A DNA stretch of 64,000 bases, from IMG/VR virus record IMGVR_UViG_3300035208_001992; one strand, 5' to 3'. Made by a program: the position numbers and the translations under genes. This DNA comes from a virus. Taxonomy: Duplodnaviria; Heunggongvirae; Uroviricota; Caudoviricetes. Positions 17,182-26,615 of this stretch are shown one piece after another; within the stretch, counting starts at the first letter, position 1, and the number at the start of each line of letters is the position of its first letter. Below the pieces are notes generated by a model. The model searched no databases. It had not been told where the DNA came from and worked only from the letters and a program-made list of their open reading frames with translations.

Positions 17182-17793
17182 AGCTCTTTTACAACGTTCA
17201 TGAGAGCAACGAGCTCATAGCTATTGATGCGATCATGTCATACTTTAGCGACAACAGAGGCAGCAATGTGGCTCCATGACACTACTTAAGTAACAGGGCT
17301 CGTGCCGGTAGTCATACGATTATATTAGTGAGTCTATCCCGACTTTTCTCTACTCTACCTGGGCCGGCCGGGGGGCCCGAATGATTGTATCACTTTTTGT
17401 TGTTTAGTCTACACGATGTACTAGTTGCACATATGCACGGCCTAGAGTAGTTAATTCTCACAGTTCTCCCGGGAAACCTCAGTTCTTGCAGTTCGAGGCT
17501 CCCAGTTTTGCACCACGACACCAGTTTCATTTTCACCAAGTCGTTCTTGCGTCGTAGGGTGTTAGACTCAGCGTTGATGTCTCCAGCTTCACCGTCAAAA
17601 GATTGATATTTTGTATCAACGAAGCCTGCTTAGATCGAACGTTGTAAAAGAGGAATATCAGTTTACGGTTATGCGTTTTGTTGTTATTTTTCTAATGTCG
17701 GGATCCCACGCCCGCCACAAATTCTTCCACTTTGAAAACCACCCCACAAACCCTCGGAGAACCTGCAATGCAGAACCGTTTTGAGGTGCTCGG
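17182..17793. other. Divergent intergenic control region; candidate replication origin or promoter hub
   Basis: The only strand switch in the window; 16-bp inverted repeat at 17184-17199 and 17637-17652, GC-rich hairpin at 17361-17378, five CAGTT copies at 17461-17526, TTGATA-N5-TATCAA at 17603-17619, leader motif at 17714-17733. Confidence 0.55.
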
Positions 17794-19026
17794 ATGATCC
17801 ACAACATCACGAACCTCTTCAACCGTGCTGGAGTGCTAGTCGAAAGTCGACCAGCCGTGGCTCGCGTTATTGCTCGCGTCATATTCGGTATTTCGTCGTA
17901 CTCAGGTGATCGAAAGAAGCTGGTGAACTTTCGTAGCCGCGCGCAATCAGTGTTGACAGACAACGTTGAGCGCGCTATTTGGTCTTGGACCCGTCAAGTC
18001 GCGTGGAACTGGGAAATCAATACCTGCTACTGGCGGGCACTTGGTGCATTCATTGAAACGCGTGATCTAACACTAGCCGCGCACCAACACAACATCGCGC
18101 AAGAGGACTTTGCGTACTTGTTCGCGCAACTCACCACTGAAGACCTTCAAGAATTCATCAATCAGCAACGTGACTGGCGATCACCGATGATCGACGATCG
18201 CACGATCTCAGCCATCATCAAACAACTCAAGCCATGGATCAACAACTGCGTTTATCGCTTGCGCTTCGTTTGGCAGCACGACCCGAGCCACGACGAAGAT
18301 GACTGGCGCTCGTTCTTCACGTGTGAAGCGCTCCAAACGCTCTACAAGTACGAAGATCGTCATTCACTGACGCATCTTGTCAACACAGTCCGTTTGGCAC
18401 TGAACAATAAGTGTGGCATCATGCAAGCCCGCTATGCGAGCGTCAAGCTTGGCATGCTCGTAAGCACTGAGCGCTTCGAGAAGAACAACAGCAAAAAGGT
18501 CAAAGGCAAAAAACAGAAAGACAATAAGCAGTCAACGCGAGATCAATCTCAGAATCTCAGCTTGGACAAATCGCCATACATCGCTAGACGCGTTGCTCTC
18601 ACATCGCCAGGTGAAGACGGATCAGAAGTTGAGAACATCGAGCTCTCAGCAAGGTCTGTCAAGTTAGAGCCGCAACTCGACACGATGCTTTTCATCCAGC
18701 AAGTCGAAAAGCAATCAGAGGCACTAGCTCGATACTTGAGACTAGTTGCAGTCGAAGAAGAGGACGCCGAGTTCATCGATTGGCTTGAGCAACACGAATT
18801 GTCGACTGACTCGTTCAACGACCTACGAATGCATGCAGCAAAGTTCCTTGGGCTCACCCGCCAAGACTTCGCTGGTTTGAGACGGATCGCAGACGTTGAC
18901 TACGCGATCGGACGGCAACTCGAGATGCGCATGGTAAAGCAACAGCAAGCCAAGGACAAGCATCACGTCACTGGTAGCTTTAGGAACGCGCAACCTCGTG
19001 CTGCGGTTGGAGGTCGCCACAAATGA
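17794..19026 (+). CDS. Hypothetical protein, possibly a divergent sigma-factor-like protein
   Basis: GAGGT RBS; the central DEDDWRSFFTCEALQTLYKYE...LVNTVRLALNN loosely fits a sigma region-2 pattern. Confidence 0.6.
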   Translation: MIHNITNLFNRAGVLVESRPAVARVIARVIFGISSYSGDRKKLVNFRSRAQSVLTDNVERAIWSWTRQVAWNWEINTCYWRALGAFIETRDLTLAAHQHNIAQEDFAYLFAQLTTEDLQEFINQQRDWRSPMIDDRTISAIIKQLKPWINNCVYRLRFVWQHDPSHDEDDWRSFFTCEALQTLYKYEDRHSLTHLVNTVRLALNNKCGIMQARYASVKLGMLVSTERFEKNNSKKVKGKKQKDNKQSTRDQSQNLSLDKSPYIARRVALTSPGEDGSEVENIELSARSVKLEPQLDTMLFIQQVEKQSEALARYLRLVAVEEEDAEFIDWLEQHELSTDSFNDLRMHAAKFLGLTRQDFAGLRRIADVDYAIGRQLEMRMVKQQQAKDKHHVTGSFRNAQPRAAVGGRHK

Positions 19027-19397
19027 ACATCTTGCCATCGTTGGCTAGTGACATCAAAGCACAAGTCAATGCTAGCCCTCTTGGAGCAATAAATGGAGCA
19101 CTGTATGCATTGGCCACGTTGAAGGCTGGAAAGCAGCCAATCGGGCCAATCACCAATAAGGTGAAGCTCACGTTAGCTTTGGAACTGCCACGCCGCAAGA
19201 CACTCCCTAAAGATTGCAAAATCGCAATGCGAGAGTCGTCATTGTCGGAACCAATCACTCTAAACCCAACAGAAGCAGTAGACGCGCTATGCCTTGTTTT
19301 GACGAAGATCAAACTTGGCAATTACCATGTCGCGGATCTGCTAAGCATAACCATGGTGCTAGACGAGCATCAACAGGAGAACACAAAATGTCAGTAG
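19023..19397 (+). CDS. Hypothetical protein
   Basis: 124-aa ORF coupled on both sides. Confidence 0.6.
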   Translation: MNILPSLASDIKAQVNASPLGAINGALYALATLKAGKQPIGPITNKVKLTLALELPRRKTLPKDCKIAMRESSLSEPITLNPTEAVDALCLVLTKIKLGNYHVADLLSITMVLDEHQQENTKCQ

Positions 19398-20944
19398 TCA
19401 ACATCTCGAAGGTGTTTGAGACGATCACGAAAATTCGTTCAACGACAAAGCGCGGCGCTAAGACCGAGCTTCTCGAATCTCTCAAGCGCAGTCCAGTTGC
19501 ACACGCGTTCTTCAAGCTTGCCTGTGACCACTTGACTAACCTATGGGTCATTTCGCCTGACGCTAGTACAATCTTCTTCAGCGGCAAGCGTAAGCCAGAA
19601 GACATGGACAAGCGCTGGGTAGCATTCCAGAATTTGTTCAAGCAGCTCAGCACTCGAAAGATCACTGGGGCAGCTGCGCAAGAAGCCGTCAGAGCATTCA
19701 TTGCTTCATGCAACAATGAGGCGCCATTCTTTGAAGGTGAGTGCTATGTTGGCGCGATCAATCGACACTTGAACATCGGCGTAGCCAATGCTGCGATCAG
19801 TAAAGTCTGGCCAGATCTTGTCAGTGACTTCGCTGTGCAGCTCGCTGAACCACTCTACAACCAGACATCTGGTCTGATCAATCCGAAGATCCGTGACTAC
19901 ATTCTCCAAAGCTGGCCGTTGGTCGACGAACCAAAGCTCGACGGCGTCAATGGCAGCACCATCATCGAACTATCGAAAAATCGCGTGGTGATGAGTCGCT
20001 CGAATCATCCGTTCGGCGCGCTTGAACCTTGGGCACGCGCGTTAGAGGCAGCGCTTGGCGCGGCCGTAGCAAAGGGATTCAAGTTCAAGCACTTTGTGTT
20101 CAACGGCGAATTCAAAGCAGTCCGCCACAAAGACGATCCAAAGAATTGGAAGTCGTCTTGGGGCAAGTCGATTGCTTTGGCTCACGCCGGCATAACCGCG
20201 ACAGGATATGACCCAGCGAACATTGACGAGTACACAGCGTTGTGCTTGAAGCGCGACCTTGTGTTCACTATCTACAATTGCTATCCGTTCGAGACATACA
20301 CGACTGGATCTTGGGACATGCCATATGGACACACAAGCATACCCAATACGCGTTCAGCGTTGATCAAACAGTTCGTTGCGTACGTGAACAAGCACTTTCC
20401 GGACGTCAGAATCCAGATGATCGAGCAGCGCTTGTGCCACAACATGAAGGAACTAAAGGCAGCACATGCAACGTGCATTGCTAACAAGGCTGAAGGCTCG
20501 ATGATCAAGCGCGTCGACAAGGGCGTCACACTTGACCGCACAGCTGATTTCGTCAAGTGGAAGCAGTACCGCAATCGTGACGCTGTGATCTTGTCAGTCA
20601 ATCGTGGCACAGGCAAGTACAAGGACACAGCTGGAGCACTTGTTTGCTACCTGCCAGACATCGATGATATTGCAAAGGTCACTTGCCGAACCGAAGAGAT
20701 CCGTGATTGGGCATGGACAAATCGTGAAATCATTGCTGGGTTCATGCTCGAAACGCGTGACGATGCAGGCGATGACGAAGTGGCGAAGACCAGAAATCCA
20801 ACGCTAGCTCGATTCCGCAATGACGTGCCGCCGATGCCTGTTCGTGAAGTGATCACGCTATGCCATCGCTTCGATTTGCCAAAACCGAAATCACGACTGA
20901 CTATCGACGCTTTCAACAAAGTCACCGCTTCATTCAAACTATAG
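19388..20944 (+). CDS. ATP-dependent DNA ligase
   Basis: EPKLDG (adenylated Lys), FNGEF, EGSMIK, VKWKQY, OB-fold GTGKYKDTAGALVC; AGGAG RBS before ATG 19388. Confidence 0.9.
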   Translation: MSVVNISKVFETITKIRSTTKRGAKTELLESLKRSPVAHAFFKLACDHLTNLWVISPDASTIFFSGKRKPEDMDKRWVAFQNLFKQLSTRKITGAAAQEAVRAFIASCNNEAPFFEGECYVGAINRHLNIGVANAAISKVWPDLVSDFAVQLAEPLYNQTSGLINPKIRDYILQSWPLVDEPKLDGVNGSTIIELSKNRVVMSRSNHPFGALEPWARALEAALGAAVAKGFKFKHFVFNGEFKAVRHKDDPKNWKSSWGKSIALAHAGITATGYDPANIDEYTALCLKRDLVFTIYNCYPFETYTTGSWDMPYGHTSIPNTRSALIKQFVAYVNKHFPDVRIQMIEQRLCHNMKELKAAHATCIANKAEGSMIKRVDKGVTLDRTADFVKWKQYRNRDAVILSVNRGTGKYKDTAGALVCYLPDIDDIAKVTCRTEEIRDWAWTNREIIAGFMLETRDDAGDDEVAKTRNPTLARFRNDVPPMPVREVITLCHRFDLPKPKSRLTIDAFNKVTASFKL

Positions 20945-20950
20945 GAGTCG

Positions 20951-21334
20951 TTGATGCTAACATTCAAAATCAGCAACGATTCATTGATCGACTCGCCTGA
21001 ACGTGCTATGGCGTTGCACCTGATTGTCGACAAGCTCACAACGTTCGATTACAGCATCGACGTTGCTGCGTACATCTTCAATTCAACGCTCAGTTCGAGG
21101 ACAAGACGAGCCGGCGATGTACTTCGCCAATTCATCGAGCGCAAGTACACGCGTCAAGACATGCACAGTGCAATCAATAGCGCAACCATTGATAGATTCG
21201 ATTATTCGACCATCGTCGAATACGAACACTCCAATGTCGACTACATTGAGCCACAGCTCACAAGGCTCGAGGCCGCTGTACTAAAATTGTCAGAGTGCAG
21301 CAGCTGGGAGTGGATCAAGTCAACGCTCGAGTAA
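20951..21334 (+). CDS. Hypothetical protein
   Basis: AGGAG RBS with a TTG or ATG start. Confidence 0.65.
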   Translation: MMLTFKISNDSLIDSPERAMALHLIVDKLTTFDYSIDVAAYIFNSTLSSRTRRAGDVLRQFIERKYTRQDMHSAINSATIDRFDYSTIVEYEHSNVDYIEPQLTRLEAAVLKLSECSSWEWIKSTLE

Positions 21335-21375
21335 ACAATCAACCATAGAACCCTCACAACAGAGGAAGAGAAACC

Positions 21376-23055
21376 ATGCAAGCATTAAGATCAGTACTAG
21401 ACTATCTCGCCGAGATGAACTTTCGGCTCGACCTCGAAAAGGACGCTTCTCCGTTCAGGAAGAAAGCATATTCAAAAGCGCACGAGACAATCGTAGCTGC
21501 TGGCACGCTCGAAGGCTACGAAAAGATGCCTGGCATCGGGCCGTCGATCAGGTCAGACATTGCTGAGATCATCAGCACAGGCAAATCATCGAAGCTCGAG
21601 GAGCTCAGGCGCAATGGCCCACCGGCCTCAGTGATGGAGTTGACGCGCGTACGCAATGTTGGTCCGCGCAAGGCAATCAAGCTCTATGAGGCTGGCATCT
21701 CATCGATGCAAGATCTCGAAGACGCGATCAACAGCCACCGCGTCGTTGATCCGAAGTTGATTGCTGCGTTCTATGCGTCAATCACCACGCACGAGCGCAT
21801 CCGCCGCGATCAAGTAGACGCAGCAACACTGCCAGTGATCGAGCTCATACGACAACAGACTGGCGTGATCGAATGTGACCGGACAGGAAGTTTCAGGCGT
21901 CATAGACCTGACGTCCGCGACATCGACATCTTGGTCTGCGTTAGTGATCTCGAACGCGTGCCACGCATTGTTGCAGCAATCGCTAAAGGCGTTGGATCGA
22001 AGGCAAAGGTCGAAGGTCCACGCAAGTCATATGTCGACTTCGCTGTTGCAGGCGAAGATCGAATGCTCGACTTGAATTTCTGTACCGAGCAGGAATATGG
22101 ATGTGCACTACTGCATTTCACTGGTAGCAAGGACTTCAACGTAGCTTGCCGCAACATTGCTTTGAAGCGCGGGCTCACACTCAACCAGTATTCGTTGCAG
22201 CACAACGTGACGAACAAGCACAAGTACTTCAACTCGGAACGCGCTGTGCTCGATTTCCTTGACATCGATTGGGTCCCACCAGAATGCAGAGACTATCATC
22301 TGCCTGGAAAGAGCGCAACACTGCCACCGATCATTGAGTCATCAGAGATCATTGGTGATTTGCACATCCATACCAAGGCAAGCGATGGCAGCATGACCAT
22401 CGTCGAAGTGATGAAGTCCGCCGCTAAACTCGGCTATGTATGCGCTGGCATATCGGACCATAGCCAAAGCTCTGGCAATGGAGTCGATCAAGCAACAGCC
22501 ATCGAACGCGCAAGCAGAATCAAAGCTCATCGCAAATTTGGTTCCGTCCACGCATTTGCTGGCGTTGAGCTTGACATCCGCGCTAACAACGTGATCGATT
22601 ATGATGTCAACGCACTTGCATCGTTCGACTACGTGATCCTGGCAGTTCATGCTCAACCAGAGCTACGTACGTTTGATCGCATTTCTGCCGCTGTCAAGCA
22701 GATCAGGACTGCACACCCGAAGCTACCGCTTGCTTGGGCTCACCCAACTAGCAGGTTGATCGGTTCGCGACCTGAGGCAGATATGGACTGGGGTCAAGCC
22801 ATGAAGTTCTGCGCGACATATCGTGTCGCAATAGAAATCAATGGCCAACCAGCAAGGCTCGATCTACCTGATTCGAAAATCGTTGTCGCAAAGCGCTTTG
22901 GATGCAAATTCATTGTCAGCAGCGACAGCCACGGAAAACAAATCTCAGCAATCGATCCCGCTGTGATGATTGCGCGTCGAGCTTTGCTCACACGCAATGA
23001 TGTTATCAACGCAAGTGCTTCTTCACTGAAGGCTTGGTTGAAGGGATCTTACTAG
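21376..23055 (+). CDS. polX: DNA polymerase X with a PHP domain
   Basis: HhH motifs MPGIGP and VRNVGPRKA; GSFRR..RDIDILV; LLHFTGSK; PHP motifs DLHIHT.ASDG, ISDHS, AHPTSR, SSDSH. Confidence 0.93.
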   Translation: MQALRSVLDYLAEMNFRLDLEKDASPFRKKAYSKAHETIVAAGTLEGYEKMPGIGPSIRSDIAEIISTGKSSKLEELRRNGPPASVMELTRVRNVGPRKAIKLYEAGISSMQDLEDAINSHRVVDPKLIAAFYASITTHERIRRDQVDAATLPVIELIRQQTGVIECDRTGSFRRHRPDVRDIDILVCVSDLERVPRIVAAIAKGVGSKAKVEGPRKSYVDFAVAGEDRMLDLNFCTEQEYGCALLHFTGSKDFNVACRNIALKRGLTLNQYSLQHNVTNKHKYFNSERAVLDFLDIDWVPPECRDYHLPGKSATLPPIIESSEIIGDLHIHTKASDGSMTIVEVMKSAAKLGYVCAGISDHSQSSGNGVDQATAIERASRIKAHRKFGSVHAFAGVELDIRANNVIDYDVNALASFDYVILAVHAQPELRTFDRISAAVKQIRTAHPKLPLAWAHPTSRLIGSRPEADMDWGQAMKFCATYRVAIEINGQPARLDLPDSKIVVAKRFGCKFIVSSDSHGKQISAIDPAVMIARRALLTRNDVINASASSLKAWLKGSY

Positions 23056-23112
23056 CAACAGCGCATTTCGCGCCGCTCTAACAATACGACACGCACACAA
23101 CGGAGAACCAAA

Positions 23113-23874
23113 ATGAAGAACAATCGTATCGACTCTGTCATCGCCAAGACCATGACTGCAGCAACCAACAAGCTCAATCTCGAGAATAGCCATAAGCAGC
23201 ACAAGTCCGAGCAAGAGAAGGCCGAGCAAGCTCGCGTTGCCGCAGAAGCACGTCAGCGCCGCGCAACGGAAGAAGCAGCAATCATCGAGTCGGCAACTGG
23301 ATTCTTGGTCGCAAAGATCGATGCTGACACGCGCCGCTTCCAGTTCAGCACATTTGAGTCCGCATTCACGACGTTCCGCTACCACATCGACCGTTCGTTC
23401 TTGAAGTCTCGTCAGATCGAGATCTTCATCAAAGCAGCGCCGAAGACGAAGAAGCTCTCGGAGTTCACCAGTCTCACTGTTTGGCTGAACGATGCCGAGA
23501 AGCTGCTGAACGAAGCACACAGCGTCGAAATTGCTGAAGAGCTCAAGCTCATCGAGTACGGCCGTTGCGTGCGCGAAGAAATCAGGTACTTGCTGCGCTC
23601 CAAGATCGACAAGCGCATGTCGTCATATCCTGACTTGTTCCGCTATCTCCATGGCTACCTCAGCCCAGTTGATCGCTCGAAGAAGACAGCCGCTGTTGTC
23701 AACGCTGCGATCGACGAGCTTGTTCCACAGATGAAGACCGAGTCATGGGTTCTGGCGCGCGAAGAATTCCAGCAACAGAATGAAAAGCGGATCGCTGAAT
23801 ACAAGCGGACCATTGCAATGCAGAACGTAAGTTCTCGTCAGCTCATGACTGAGAGCGCGGCCGCAAATGCCTGA
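23113..23874 (+). CDS. Hypothetical coiled-coil protein
   Basis: GGAG RBS; helical, charged sequence. Confidence 0.7.
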   Translation: MKNNRIDSVIAKTMTAATNKLNLENSHKQHKSEQEKAEQARVAAEARQRRATEEAAIIESATGFLVAKIDADTRRFQFSTFESAFTTFRYHIDRSFLKSRQIEIFIKAAPKTKKLSEFTSLTVWLNDAEKLLNEAHSVEIAEELKLIEYGRCVREEIRYLLRSKIDKRMSSYPDLFRYLHGYLSPVDRSKKTAAVVNAAIDELVPQMKTESWVLAREEFQQQNEKRIAEYKRTIAMQNVSSRQLMTESAAANA

Positions 23875-24553
23875 CATCATCAAGCTCAACGAGCTTGATG
23901 ATTTCAACGCGCGATTTGCAATCCAGCTTCTGCCTGACGGAAGCTGGATTCGCGGAGGCGCCCCTAAGCCTGGGGCGCTTCTTTATCAAGTGCGTGCTGA
24001 GTCACTCGAGTCAGCTGTGCAACAAGTAAACGTGCATGCTGCAGCTGCGCTTGAGGCAAAGCGTCTTGAACGCGAAGCAATGAAGGAACGTCGCGTTGTT
24101 GACGATGTTGAGCTCATCAATTCGATGCTCGAAATCAAGAGATCGGCTCACGTTCACTTTGGCATCCGCAACACAATGAATCCTCGTGAAGGAGACCGCG
24201 ACAGTGCAGTGTTAGAGATCGAGCTTTGCAATGGAGCTTCAATCAAAATTGAGTTCACGCCTGAGCAGTACATGCGGCTCATGTCGAATCACTACTTCAC
24301 AGTCGAAACATCAATCAGACGTCCTGGCGTCATCGAACTTGATAAATTGCCAACCTTCATTGACGGCTTTGAAATCGAACGTGAAGATCTCAGCACTACA
24401 GAAACAAGAGAACTTGCCAAGTCACTTCTGCTTGACGACGACATAGCTGATAAGTGCGTGGCGTTAGCTAAGCAGCACAACATGTCTCGCGTCGCCGTTC
24501 TGAACAGTGTTGACGGCGCAGGCAGCATCAGCGTTGTGATTCACAAAACATAA
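23867..24553 (+). CDS. Hypothetical protein
   Basis: 228-aa coupled ORF. Confidence 0.7.
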   Translation: MPDIIKLNELDDFNARFAIQLLPDGSWIRGGAPKPGALLYQVRAESLESAVQQVNVHAAAALEAKRLEREAMKERRVVDDVELINSMLEIKRSAHVHFGIRNTMNPREGDRDSAVLEIELCNGASIKIEFTPEQYMRLMSNHYFTVETSIRRPGVIELDKLPTFIDGFEIEREDLSTTETRELAKSLLLDDDIADKCVALAKQHNMSRVAVLNSVDGAGSISVVIHKT

Positions 24554-24573
24554 CCTCCACTAGGAGAACTGAA

Positions 24574-25554
24574 ATGAAAAAGATTCCAAATAGGAATCGG
24601 GCTGCGCTCATGCGGTCCATCCAGATATTGATCTCATCGTCACACTTGCGTAGCATCCAACTCGACGCTGTTGCGCCAGGTGGAAAAAGCTTCTTAGTCG
24701 ATACCGCCGTCTTCCTGTTCACAAGTGAGAAGGCTGACTACGTCGCTGCAATACGTCAAAGTAGTCTCATCTCGCCGCTTGAGCTCAAATTGCTTAGGCG
24801 CACGCGTGACGGCATTCTGCACGCGTTCACATGCCTTGGCTTAGACACTGTGCCTCATCAAGAGCGCGCTGGGAAGCCTCGGCAGATCAAACCAATCCAT
24901 GATGTGATCGACCAGCTTTGTGGTGAGCAACTTGACTTGTTCACTGTCGAAGAAGACGCAGCTGAGTTTGCCAAGCTTCACAGATTGGCTAACAAGATCG
25001 GCACGGCAGAAGCACCATTGAGCTTCGTGAACGGCGTAGTCGACATCGACGCTCTTGACAAGACAAGCAATCGTGACACGACAAAGATTGACATATTCTA
25101 CAAATCCGAGAATACGACAATCCGACACTTGCCGTTCAAGATCTTGATGTTCACTGTTGCAAACAAATCAGGACGTCACGATGTCTACACAGCATCGTTT
25201 CAGCGACCAAAAGCCGATCGTGACTTTGGTACTGCTATGGCTCACTTCAAGTACGGCAGACACGGACGATTCATGTCTCACATCAGCGCACTTGCACGCG
25301 CAACGTCGTCAGGAGTAGTGCTACAACGGCTTGAATCACAGCAGTCACAAGCTGTCATATGTTTGACTCAGCCAAAGGACGAAGAGGGTAATGTTGATCA
25401 ACATTTCACGCCGCTTCAGTCATACGTGCTCAACAGCGTCGACGAGTCGATCTCAAGCAACGTCTATCTAACAATGTCGAACGACGCTGGCCGCGAAGTA
25501 TCTCGCAAGGCTCAACATTTCATCATGGTTCCACGTTTTCGCGCTGCAGCATAG
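24574..25554 (+). CDS. Hypothetical protein carrying a QLDLF clamp-binding-like motif
   Basis: AGGAG RBS; QLDLF encoded at 24928-24942. Confidence 0.7.
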   Translation: MKKIPNRNRAALMRSIQILISSSHLRSIQLDAVAPGGKSFLVDTAVFLFTSEKADYVAAIRQSSLISPLELKLLRRTRDGILHAFTCLGLDTVPHQERAGKPRQIKPIHDVIDQLCGEQLDLFTVEEDAAEFAKLHRLANKIGTAEAPLSFVNGVVDIDALDKTSNRDTTKIDIFYKSENTTIRHLPFKILMFTVANKSGRHDVYTASFQRPKADRDFGTAMAHFKYGRHGRFMSHISALARATSSGVVLQRLESQQSQAVICLTQPKDEEGNVDQHFTPLQSYVLNSVDESISSNVYLTMSNDAGREVSRKAQHFIMVPRFRAAA

Positions 25555-25563
25555 GAGCAAATA

Positions 25564-25935
25564 ATGACAACTGAAACAAACGGTACAAGCAAGCCGACGA
25601 TCTTCACAGTGACTGTGTTTGGCATAGCTGCTTTGGTGCTGGGCTTCGTGCTCGGCGTGAAGTATGCTAGTCCAGGCACTGCTACGTCAGAATCTGTCAA
25701 GATCGAGCAAGCGATCGTGACCAAGAAATTGGATAGCATCGCAGCCATTGCAAAGTCGGCTTCTGATTCCGCCGCGTCATGGAAGTCGCTTGCACAAACG
25801 CTAGATTCGCAGGTCAATGCACTCATCGGAGATCTTGCGGTTGCTACGCGCAATCGCAAGCGAGTAAGCTTCGTGATTGACTCATTGCCAGACTCAGCGT
25901 TAGTTCGAAGATACTATATTGGGCTGTATCAGTGA
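25564..25935 (+). CDS. Single-pass membrane protein with a coiled coil (possibly i-spanin-like)
   Basis: N-terminal transmembrane helix VFGIAALVLGFVLGV, then an Ala/Ser-rich helix; AGGAG RBS. Confidence 0.55.
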   Translation: MTTETNGTSKPTIFTVTVFGIAALVLGFVLGVKYASPGTATSESVKIEQAIVTKKLDSIAAIAKSASDSAASWKSLAQTLDSQVNALIGDLAVATRNRKRVSFVIDSLPDSALVRRYYIGLYQ

Positions 25936-26615
25936 CAGATCTCTCAGCGATCTTCAGATCAGACGTCCTACCAGAGCAAGCGCGCAATGCAATCGACGCA
26001 GTCAAGCTCTTGCCTGGTGGGGCTTCATTCATCTGTGAACTGCATTTCAAAGAGTGCAGCATCGTTGAACTAGATCGGCACCACAAGATACCTCAAGAGT
26101 GCGGTGGTCCGACTAACGTTGAAAACATGCTTTATGGCTGCTCTGGCTGCCATCAATTCATGCATCGCATCGCTATTCGGCTGACATCGATGAAAGCCCA
26201 CAAGCTGACGCCGCTTGAGCTTGTTCAGCAGTATGCTAGACGCGTCAATCCAAAGCGCGAAAGTGAAGTAGTCAGCGCCATTCTGGTGTCGGCTCAACTT
26301 GTCGCAGCATATCGCACACAGAAGGCAGATCATGCTTTAGCTCCGCCTGACATATCGATCGCTGCCGCCGAAATTCCCAAGGAGCTGCACTCTCAGTTCA
26401 AGCAGATCTCGCGAGAAATCAAGCGTGGCGACGGTAGACCTATTGGCATGGCTAACTTGGTCGCAATCAGCATTCTTGAGTTCACAGCAAAGCACAGACC
26501 AGAAACGCGCGAAGCTGCTGACAGGCACATTCAAGAGAAGATATTGGGGATTGCACCTATAGCTCGACCTGTGATTGATCGCAATGTCGAGACGTTTGAA
26601 GAGGAGGTAATGTGA
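25932..26615 (+). CDS. HNH endonuclease with a possible C-terminal ribbon-helix-helix domain
   Basis: C...C, DRHHKIPQECGG.TNVENML..CSGCHQFMH. Confidence 0.8.
   Translation: MTDLSAIFRSDVLPEQARNAIDAVKLLPGGASFICELHFKECSIVELDRHHKIPQECGGPTNVENMLYGCSGCHQFMHRIAIRLTSMKAHKLTPLELVQQYARRVNPKRESEVVSAILVSAQLVAAYRTQKADHALAPPDISIAAAEIPKELHSQFKQISREIKRGDGRPIGMANLVAISILEFTAKHRPETREAADRHIQEKILGIAPIARPVIDRNVETFEEEVM

Noticed and set aside
17461-17526. CAGTT repeats as a mini-CRISPR or a small - strand ORF (MKLVSWCK...)
   Set aside because: The repeats are only 5 nt with irregular spacing, and the ORF is under 50 aa with no RBS; kept only as part of the control-region finding.
19214-19387. ORF-track 5' extensions (ligase 19214, exonuclease 5023, gyrB 8994, sigma 29878, protease 32447, patatin 37094, H1-like 56799)
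   Set aside because: They overlap upstream genes or terminators, and in most cases a clear RBS marks a downstream start.
25564-25935. A complete lysis cassette (holin and spanins)
   Set aside because: Only one transmembrane/coiled-coil candidate; no lipoprotein o-spanin or adjacent lysin could be identified.
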